NCBI GenBank assembly: GCA_000320545.1
Contig: ADNK01000133.1
Span: forward strand, 1-41,758
Direction of reading: 5' to 3'
From: Bigelowiella natans CCMP2755
Lineage: Eukaryota > Protista > Cercozoa
Length of the DNA stretch: 41,758 bases
This document shows, one piece after another, positions 12,530-20,067 of this stretch. The first letter of the stretch is position 1; every line of letters begins with the position of its first letter. The translations under genes were made by a program, and so were the position numbers. Under the pieces are notes generated by a model, which was not told the DNA's origin, ran no database searches, and saw only the letters and a program-made list of their open reading frames with translations.

Positions 12530-14120
12530 GTGGCAGCTCAGGCTCTGCATAGCAAGAATTGGACGGCAAGGGTTGCCTATCTCACCTATTCACGATGCTG
12601 TGGCGCGATGTGCTTGACTCATGGATGGTGTACAGATGGGGGCACCAAAAACAATCGAATGAGGTCAGTTTTGCGAGCTAGCAAGCTGTGGCACTGTGGC
12701 CTCAATGCAAGTTTCAAAATTTGGGGCCGGAAGTTGCAGAACAGATGCAGCACAAGCACGTACTAGACATGGCCAAATCTAGACACTGTTGGGCTCTAGC
12801 TCTAGCTCTAGAGCTCTAGAGCTAATGTGGCTGGACGGTCGCAAGCACCAGACCACTCAGGCACTCTGGCACTCTCTAGCTCGAGCACTGCTAGCTAGCT
12901 AGACTGGACTGCTACCAATCTAGCAATGGAGCACGTGTCTCTTGTGAATCTCTTCTGCTCTAGCGCTCTCCATCTCTAGCTCTGCAAGTCTGGCGCTGGC
13001 TGGCGCTGATCAGCAATCCAACAATCCAGCAATGCATGCTGGAATGCGATTTTCGATGAGCCGCCTCGAACATGTCTAGATGCACAGATGTCTAGCTAGC
13101 TAGCCAGGTAGCTAGCTAGATGTGCACGATGCGATGATCTCAAAATTGCCACTTCTGGGCCTCAAGCCGGCCTTCCCTCGCTAGCTAGATGCTTGCTTGC
13201 GCGTGCGTCTTGCAGTGCATGCGCATGTCGGAATCGAATGACTCTTGGAGTTTTTGAAATGCAAGTGTGCGCAAATTTTCATGCACACACGTGCACGCCT
13301 GCACCGTGCTAGCGTGCTGGCGTGCGCGTGCCACAATTCTGGAATGTGTTGGTCTTGAGCTCCGCCAGTGCCAAAGTGGAGCTCACACGAACTGTCAGCA
13401 AGAACTGGAGGAAGGAAAAAAAGAAAAAAAGATGGAAGGAAGAAACTCCGTTTTGCACATTTGGGAATGATGATCAAGTGACGAGTGAGAAGCAACTCAA
13501 GTGGAGCACTTGACGTGATCGTTTGGTGCCAACTCGAATGATTGACGTTTTGTGAAGTGATTCCTGTGGTGCAAGCTAGCAAGAGCTTTGAACAATGCCA
13601 GAACGAACAATGAACAATGAACAATGATGATGATGAACTGCACTTCCAAAACGTTGCAATGCAATTGCAACACAATGCAATGACTTTTTGATGTTGCCAA
13701 CATCCAATGTGCACAATTGATTGACATGAACTGCACAGCAGGTTGTGTGGAACAATGAGAACAATGAGAACAATGATGAAAAACTGCACGTGGAAGTTTG
13801 CAGTTTCATCGGAATGAGAATGAGAACAAGAATTCAATGAAAACTGCACTTCCAAAACACGACAAGGTGTTCACAAAGTGCGAAATGCAATGCCTCGAGC
13901 TAAATCTAGCGAGGGCTAATCTGGAGCATGACATGATCACTCAGCATGACATGATCACTGTGCTGCAATGTGCACCATGAGCACATGGCAACTCATTCAC
14001 GATGAAAGGGCAGTTCCAGCCTGGACCTGCAGCGACTCCTTTTCCTTTCCACCTTCAACAGGAAGCACTTGACAGCTCTGTCAATTCTTGCGTCTTCCAA
14101 CTTGGATCCTGAAGGCATCC
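12530..14120. repeat. Degenerate, TpA-depleted repeat block with CTAG-rich arrays and GAACAAT-type tandem units
   Basis: (CTAG)n-like arrays at 12775-13190 and gaacaat(ga) tandem units at 13601-13630 and 13750-13780. The motif aactgcacttccaaaac occurs at ~13637 and ~13842 and again at ~37947. Confidence 0.6.
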
Positions 14121-14537
14121 CAAGCTAAACTTTCACCTTGTGACTGCCATCGCCATCTTCAAAGGCCATCCTGTTCTGCAGGTTGGATGAACCTTGGGCG
14201 ATCCTGACTTTGCGCATCATGACATCTCGGTGCACAGCAGTGTGGCGACAGTGTGGAAGAAGGTGATGAAGATCTTCAACGGCGCCGGAACAGCACAAGC
14301 AACAACATGCATCCACAGTGGGTAGGCAGTGAATTCTAGCAATGTGGGAAGCAGTGCCGTGCACTCCAGTCCTTGCCTTGAACTTGAGCAGAGTGCCAGC
14401 GTTGTCCTGCCATTGATCAAGATGCTCAGCGAACAGATTAGACGAGGGACGACCTACTTGTTGTTTGGACCAGACGCACACTCTGGAGATTGGCACATCA
14501 GGCTTGATTTCATTGCAACCGCTCCTCAAAAGATTCA

Positions 14538-14863
14538 TGTTGCGCGTAAGGTGTTCACAGGCCGAGGCGCTACGTGCACAAGTAGGCAGGGGGGGGGGAA
14601 GGCACGTTTGCTTCCTTTTGAAGAGTTGTGTTTATTTTTATTAAAGATTATATTTTTATTAAATCGTGCACTGCGTAATCATTCGCGAAGCTTTCGCGAA
14701 TGCCGCCGCACGTGGGGCAGCACACTTCCGGTGTGCTGCCATGAGTCCCGCCGGAACCCACGTGCCTATGCTGTATTAATATCTACGTTATCTATATTCT
14801 ATATCCGCGACAACCCCTTTGTTGTCGCACGTGACTTGTGCCCGCGTAGTGGTACGCGCTACA
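14538..14863 (-). repeat. 3' LTR
   Basis: TGTTGCGCGTA...TACGCGCTACA, with a 10/11 terminal inverted repeat. Identical by eye to 19742-20067, including the G10 run. Confidence 0.97.
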
Positions 14864-14873
14864 CCTCCCCCAA
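14864..14873 (-). promoter_or_regulatory. Polypurine tract (PPT)
   Basis: Minus-strand TTGGGGGAGG directly abuts the 3' LTR start, preceded by a purine-rich GGAA-repeat stretch. Confidence 0.85.
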
Positions 14874-14914
14874 GTCACGTTGCTCCTTCCTTCCTTCCTT
14901 ATTCCCTTAGACCT

Positions 14915-17113
14915 TCATCGCTTTCGGAACTTCACCAACCACCAGGTAATAGATTCCTCTCTAACCTTATCTCCTTTGTCGCTTACCCAGAACTCACCTT
15001 CGTCCTTAGGTTCGTGTCCATACCAGCCCTCTGCATCAAGGTCCCCCAGGACCTTATACCAGTGCTCAAAGGGTAAGTCGGGAACAGCTAGGTAGAGTAG
15101 CTGATATTTTCCGTCCTTTATTTTCATAGCTACCCTCTCCATATTTCGTAATCCAGGGTAGCCTAGATAGACAATCTTCATGCGCCAATCGTCGTTCACC
15201 CTGACCTTATTGTTTCCATATTCCACATCGAACTTAGGTCGGGGTCCTAAACAAGGCATTGCTCGCTCCCACACAGTAGGGTTTACTTTAACATCCTCTA
15301 GGAGCTTCTCACCGATATCATAATTCTTTAGGTGACTGATGTGGCGCAAGGTGACCCTGTTCCCATCATAGATGTAGTACTGCTTCCTCCCCTTCCTCTC
15401 GGTAACCTTTGCAACGCCACCCCAGAAGGGGTCTTGTTTATTTCTCGATCTCAGATTTACCTTGGCCCTAACATACTGTCCTTCCTTTAGAACTCGGCCA
15501 TCGTACGGGACCTTCTCGTCTTCGCTCTCGGTATCGTCGTCGTTGTCGTCGCCTTCTTCCCTCTCCTTATCCTTGATACCTCCCCCAGACGTGAAGGTGT
15601 CGTTTACTAACCCTTGTATCTTGTCTGGTGTGGTGCTATTTATCCTGCTTAGGTTGGCCAAGGTGCGGTGGAGTCGCTCTACCTTGGAGTTGGACTGGGC
15701 ATAGTATACAGGTGAGGCATCAATATTAGGGTGTGGTAGCTGTAGAAGAGAGGTCTCATTATCCACATGTAACTTCTTTGGTATCTTGTTTATGCTAACT
15801 TCATCAGGGATAGCCTGGAGCTGAGACTCCCAGGTACGGTAGCAGTTAGTAAGCCTCTGCTTATATAAGCCTTTGTTCTTCTTAGCAACGTTGACCTTGA
15901 TAATCTTTTTAACCCAGCACTTTCCAGTGGCCACATCAACGAAGGTAAGGTAGTGATAGCCATCGTACTTATAAACATCAATTTGCACGATATCTAAGAA
16001 GTTCCTTGCTTTGATTTTCTTAGATGCACGGCTCTTGCTGGACTCCTTGGTGGCGACGCCTGCCGCCTTCAAGCTGGAGCACCTGCAGCCACGCAGGTAT
16101 GTCCTTATCTCTTTTAGCTTGTAGGGCCAGTAGTAATGGTAGAGTAGAGCAGTGATATGGTTTTCTCCTACGTGTGCAGGTCCATGGGCGGTAAAGAGAA
16201 GGGCTCCCCTGGTCCGCCGTGGCACGTAGGTACGCCTAACATTATTAGTGTATACATATATCCTATCACTAAGTACCTCATGCTTGTGTTTGTATTTATC
16301 CAGGTGTTCTTGAAGGTGCTGGAGCTCCTCTGGCTCAGGCAGGAAGTCGCCGTCCTCGAAGGTAATCGCGTTAACCATAGGGGTGACCTGGGTAGGGACT
16401 TTCTTTTCGAACAGCCTGCTGAAATAGTCAGCAAGCTGCTTGTCTCCTGGTGCGTAGACCACTGTCCTCTTGTCCCTAAACTCTTCCGTGTCCGCCCTCA
16501 TAGCTGCATACTCATCGTTAGGCGCTTCGAGCTTGCGGTCGATGCCTAGGAGGGGCTTGTGGTCAGTCATTAAGGTGAAGCTGGGCACCGACAGCAGGTA
16601 GTATCTTAGTTTCCTCTGCGCCTCAGTCATGGCTTTATACTCTCCTTTTGTAGGGCTGTACTTGGCCTCAGCTGCTGTGCAGGCCCTGCCCCACACCCGT
16701 ATGATCTGCTGGTCTTGGGTAAGTACAGCAGCCATACCTAGCTTAGACCAGTCTGTCCATAGGGTAGCTGGTCTAGTAGTGTCTAGCTTAGCATTCAATA
16801 GGGTGTTGCTGCATAACTTTATTAGGTTATCGAAGTGGGCATCAAGGCCAGCCTTGGCCCACACCTTAGCGAAGCTGAGGCCTACAGAGTTCTCCTTCCG
16901 GTAAGCAGTAGTAAAAGCAGCTGCAGTCCTAGCGTAGGTAGGGGAGAACCTACGTAGTATCCAAGCTGCAGTCTGCAAGAATGACTTTAACTCCTTTGCA
17001 TTCTTAGGTTTAGGGGCTTGCTGTAGTGCTGCTACTTTCTCGGGGTTTGGGGTGATGCGGCCTTGCCATCCCATCATGTGTGTATGCCCTGTAGTTCTGA
17101 CTACTGAACGCAT
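14915..17113 (-). CDS. pol: Pol C-terminal part: RT thumb/connection, RNase H, integrase and extra C-terminal domain
   Basis: RT thumb PEKVAALQQAPKPKNAKELKSFL. RNase H TDWSKLGMAAVL..E..TDHKPL..LADYFSR. Integrase HHCC (HGPAH...YYWP...CRC), core IDV / VDNE / SNSKVERLHRTL, and GPY/F-like region (LKEGQYVR...PFWGGVAKV...HISHLK). Confidence 0.9.
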   Translation of the reverse strand: MRSVVRTTGHTHMMGWQGRITPNPEKVAALQQAPKPKNAKELKSFLQTAAWILRRFSPTYARTAAAFTTAYRKENSVGLSFAKVWAKAGLDAHFDNLIKLCSNTLLNAKLDTTRPATLWTDWSKLGMAAVLTQDQQIIRVWGRACTAAEAKYSPTKGEYKAMTEAQRKLRYYLLSVPSFTLMTDHKPLLGIDRKLEAPNDEYAAMRADTEEFRDKRTVVYAPGDKQLADYFSRLFEKKVPTQVTPMVNAITFEDGDFLPEPEELQHLQEHLDKYKHKHEVLSDRIYVYTNNVRRTYVPRRTRGALLFTAHGPAHVGENHITALLYHYYWPYKLKEIRTYLRGCRCSSLKAAGVATKESSKSRASKKIKARNFLDIVQIDVYKYDGYHYLTFVDVATGKCWVKKIIKVNVAKKNKGLYKQRLTNCYRTWESQLQAIPDEVSINKIPKKLHVDNETSLLQLPHPNIDASPVYYAQSNSKVERLHRTLANLSRINSTTPDKIQGLVNDTFTSGGGIKDKEREEGDDNDDDTESEDEKVPYDGRVLKEGQYVRAKVNLRSRNKQDPFWGGVAKVTERKGRKQYYIYDGNRVTLRHISHLKNYDIGEKLLEDVKVNPTVWERAMPCLGPRPKFDVEYGNNKVRVNDDWRMKIVYLGYPGLRNMERVAMKIKDGKYQLLYLAVPDLPFEHWYKVLGDLDAEGWYGHEPKDEGEFWVSDKGDKVREESITWWLVKFRKR

Positions 17114-17853
17114 CCCCTGATATGCTTAGGCCGTAAGGGAATACGACGAAGTGCCACTTCCTGTGCCTGCTGGAGAACGCGGTAATGGGGCGGGAGGTTT
17201 TGTGGATGGGTGTCTGCATGTATGATTCATTTTTTATCTAGGGAAGAGTAGTATTTGTATCCTATGACGTGTTCAATAACGTCATCTATCCTTGGTGTAG
17301 GTGTCTGGATCCTCTTTATTACTCGGTTGTGGCGGATGAAGTTGTGCGCCAGGCGGAAGAAAGGGTAAGTAGGTTTCTTAGCTAGCACATGTCTCACGTT
17401 CCATGGTGAGTTGCTTGGCTCTATCTTCCCTTCCTTTGCCCATTCATTGATCTGCCACTCTATCTTTTCCCAGTCCGCTTCCGGTCGCCTATGTTCTGGG
17501 TCATTGATGATGCACTCTTCGTATCCCTTCTTTAGCTCGATCTTTACTGGGGTAAGCTTGCTGGAGGGCTTCGTCGTCGGCTTGGTGATGTCAGAGTACT
17601 TCTCGTTTAATATTTTATTAATGTACTTTTTGCCCTTGTCGATATCCCAATCATCAGCTGGGGGGGTCTTGTCCAGTAGCTCCGTTATCTGTCGGATGGT
17701 CTTGCCGGGGTTCTTCTTCCGTAGCTCGGTAGGTGTAGGTAGCTTGTTGTCCGCTAGGTCCATAAACTCTAACGCATTAACGCTTGACTCAGAGGTCCAC
17801 TCGTCAAGCCGTATCATGTTCTGGCTGATGGTCCTGCCTGACTTCTTTGGCAA
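17114..17853 (-). pseudogene. Reverse transcriptase N-terminal part, frameshifted, lacking the YxDD motif
   Basis: GKIEPSNSPWN...RLAHNF...PTPRIDDVI...YYSSLDK, then a +1 shift at the A6 run (17230-17235) to NESYMQ...TAF...FPYGLSISGDAF. The sequence then jumps to the thumb region with no YxDD in between. Confidence 0.85.
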
Positions 17854-17854
17854 C

Positions 17855-19702
17855 TTAGCAAAGTATATCTTGTGATTGTAGAATGATATGATCCCCCCCT
17901 AATTTTTCTAGGGCATCCTGTCCGAGGAGTAGTTCCATGGATAAAGTCATGGCTACTCGGGTCTTGATTTGGGTCTCCGCGTCGCTGCCAGGTATCTGTA
18001 GCTTTAGCATTAGCTCACCGACGGTCTTCATGGAAGAGCTTCCGTCTGCTTGAGCATATTTACGTTCTTTCTTAGTCACTTGATCCAATAGTCCTAACCT
18101 TCTTACTGTGCTTAGGCTTATGAAGGACTTCGGCATGCTGCCACTATCCCAAAGGGCAGGTAGTTTCTTGTAGTCTCCGTAGCTGTCTTTAACTTTAACC
18201 TTGGTCATAGCAACTTTGATAGTCCTGTTAGCGTCTTCGTCATTAATGTTGCATACTCCTAAGTTCTTTATGTCGTCTAGGGTCATGGGCTTGTCTTGGT
18301 CCTGCGTTGCTGGTACTGCTGTCTTCGTCGGCGCCTGCTTAAGGTGATCTAATATTCCGTTTATCTGCTGCTGTATAGCATTGATACTGTTCTGCTTTTT
18401 GTTCTTATATTTATTGTTCTTCCCGTTGTTGCTGCCTTGCCATTTGCTGTTGTTATATCCTTGTCCTCTGCCTTTCTTTCTCTTTAACTTCTCGTAGTGT
18501 TCGTTGAGCTGCCTGATCGTCATCCTGGGTCGTCCTTCTTTCCTGTCTCTGCAGTCTTTAGCGGTGTGTTTCCCTTTACGTGAGCAGTATCCGCAACGTC
18601 GGTTACCTTCCCTGTCCTTGTACCAGTCTCGCTGCGGCTTAATAGCGTTAATGTTTCCTATGCCAGGTACCTTAGGGCTGGTAAACTTGCGGTCCTGCTC
18701 CTGCTCGCGTAGGGATATAGCCTGCACTGCTGCCTCCATCGTGGTGTAGCCTTTCTCCGTAACGTAAGTGGATTCCTTTATCTTTAACTTGAACTCTTCA
18801 AACCTTGCCTGATCATCACCTGTGTTGTAATTAAAATCATGTAGTTCGTCGATCATATCCTGGAAGCGCGTGGCAAAGTCTCTAACAGGTTCTCTCTCAT
18901 GCTGCATCATTGCTCTGTATTTTCTAATAGCCTGGGGTAGGGAGTTAGCATCCTGTTCATTTACAAAAGCCTTCATTATCGCCTCAACGTCTCGTAGCCC
19001 ACTAACTGTAGTGTGTATTTTCTCTAGCTGCCTGATCCGGGTCCTGCCTGTCTCGTAAAGGTCCATGGCTTGCTTTATTATAGCTAGCCATTTGAGCTTG
19101 TCGTTTTCGGTGGGGTTAGGGGTAAAGTCGCAGAGTATACTCCTAGCGTTCTTCCACCACCTCCTTGCCTCACCTCTTTTCCCGTTGTATTTCGTTATCA
19201 TAACCGGTGCTGTTTTAACAGACATGAACTGGGTGTTCCGCTGTACCGGCTGCTGCTGCTTGACGGTGCTCTGGGTCGTCCCCCGCGAGGCGCCCAGACC
19301 CCCGTCGTTCCTAAACAAAGCTGCCCACTCTGGAGGTAAGTCTGCTTCGTAATCCATGATGTCCTGCATGATAGCTGCCCAAACATCATGTGTCTGATAC
19401 TTGTATTCTATCGATACTTTCAGTTTGGCGTAGTTGCTCGCCCTGGGTCGCAAGGCTCGTAATGCCATTACGACCTTCTTGCTTTCGGCGGCCACGTCCT
19501 CGTCGTCCGCCTCGTAGAAGTTCTCCAGTGCCTCTGCTGCTGCATCTGCTTTCTTAATCCCGGGTGCTGGTCCCGGCGGTGCCTGTGGAGGTGTTCCTCC
19601 TCCTTCCTTAGCGTCCGTATCGCCCTTCCTTTCCTGTTTCTGCTCGTGCCCTTGCACGGCCTGCGAGCCAAAGTCCTGCTGTTCTTCTAGCTGCTGTGAC
19701 AT
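17855..19702 (-). CDS. gag: Gag plus aspartic protease
   Basis: 615-aa ORF with retrotransposon capsid-like QHEREPVRDFATRF, zinc knuckle CGYCSRKGKHTAKDC, and protease ALWDSGS and LLLGQDAL. Removing one G of the G7 run (17893-17899) continues the frame as LGGIISFYNHKIYF into RT. Confidence 0.9.
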   Translation of the reverse strand: MSQQLEEQQDFGSQAVQGHEQKQERKGDTDAKEGGGTPPQAPPGPAPGIKKADAAAEALENFYEADDEDVAAESKKVVMALRALRPRASNYAKLKVSIEYKYQTHDVWAAIMQDIMDYEADLPPEWAALFRNDGGLGASRGTTQSTVKQQQPVQRNTQFMSVKTAPVMITKYNGKRGEARRWWKNARSILCDFTPNPTENDKLKWLAIIKQAMDLYETGRTRIRQLEKIHTTVSGLRDVEAIMKAFVNEQDANSLPQAIRKYRAMMQHEREPVRDFATRFQDMIDELHDFNYNTGDDQARFEEFKLKIKESTYVTEKGYTTMEAAVQAISLREQEQDRKFTSPKVPGIGNINAIKPQRDWYKDREGNRRCGYCSRKGKHTAKDCRDRKEGRPRMTIRQLNEHYEKLKRKKGRGQGYNNSKWQGSNNGKNNKYKNKKQNSINAIQQQINGILDHLKQAPTKTAVPATQDQDKPMTLDDIKNLGVCNINDEDANRTIKVAMTKVKVKDSYGDYKKLPALWDSGSMPKSFISLSTVRRLGLLDQVTKKERKYAQADGSSSMKTVGELMLKLQIPGSDAETQIKTRVAMTLSMELLLGQDALEKLGGDHIILQSQDILC

Positions 19703-19713
19703 TGTTAGTCAAA

Positions 19714-19736
19714 TCGTTTCCCGTTTGTGGAAGCCA
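19714..19736 (-). promoter_or_regulatory. Primer-binding site (tRNA 3'-end complement)
   Basis: Minus strand TGGCTTCCACAAACGGGAAACGA begins 5 nt inside the 5' LTR end. Its complement ends in CCA and resembles a T-arm plus acceptor stem. Confidence 0.7.
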
Positions 19737-19741
19737 AAGGT

Positions 19742-20067
19742 TGTTGCGCGTAAGGTGTTCACAGGCCGAGGCGCTACGTGCACAAGTAGGCAGGGGGGGG
19801 GGAAGGCACGTTTGCTTCCTTTTGAAGAGTTGTGTTTATTTTTATTAAAGATTATATTTTTATTAAATCGTGCACTGCGTAATCATTCGCGAAGCTTTCG
19901 CGAATGCCGCCGCACGTGGGGCAGCACACTTCCGGTGTGCTGCCATGAGTCCCGCCGGAACCCACGTGCCTATGCTGTATTAATATCTACGTTATCTATA
20001 TTCTATATCCGCGACAACCCCTTTGTTGTCGCACGTGACTTGTGCCCGCGTAGTGGTACGCGCTACA
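19742..20067 (-). repeat. 5' LTR
   Basis: 326-bp direct repeat of 14538-14863, followed on the + strand by the TSD TTCA. Confidence 0.97.

Larger units (their letters stand above)
14538..20067 (-). mobile_element. Ty3/gypsy-type LTR retrotransposon, 5530 bp, recent insertion, probably non-autonomous
   Basis: Two 326-bp direct repeats with TG...CA ends, 4-bp TSD TTCA (14534-14537 and 20068-20071), PBS and PPT. Domain order is Gag-PR-RT-RNaseH-IN. Confidence 0.97.

Noticed and set aside
13600-13790. Short repeated units resembling a CRISPR array
   Set aside because: The units are 7-10-bp tandem repeats without unique spacers, the context is eukaryotic, and there are no cas genes.
13181-13855. 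224-aa ORF (similarly 37724-38278 and other Cys/His-rich ORFs in TA-poor blocks)
   Set aside because: They contain no Tyr, excess Cys/His and no recognisable domain. Open frames are expected by-products of losing TAA/TAG stops in TA-depleted DNA.
12720-14537. Classical RIP or CpG-methylation decay as the cause of the skewed composition
   Set aside because: RIP would increase TA, and 5mC decay would remove CG without removing TA. Here TA is what is lost and CG persists.
14329-14910. ORFs 14329-14910 and 19725-20204 sharing an identical peptide
   Set aside because: They are antisense read-throughs of the two LTR copies, not duplicated genes.
17855-17900. Programmed gag-pol frameshift
   Set aside because: The shift falls inside the protease C-terminus at a G7 run, and a second similar +1 shift occurs in RT. 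Homopolymer indels or sequencing errors are more parsimonious, though this is not formally excluded.
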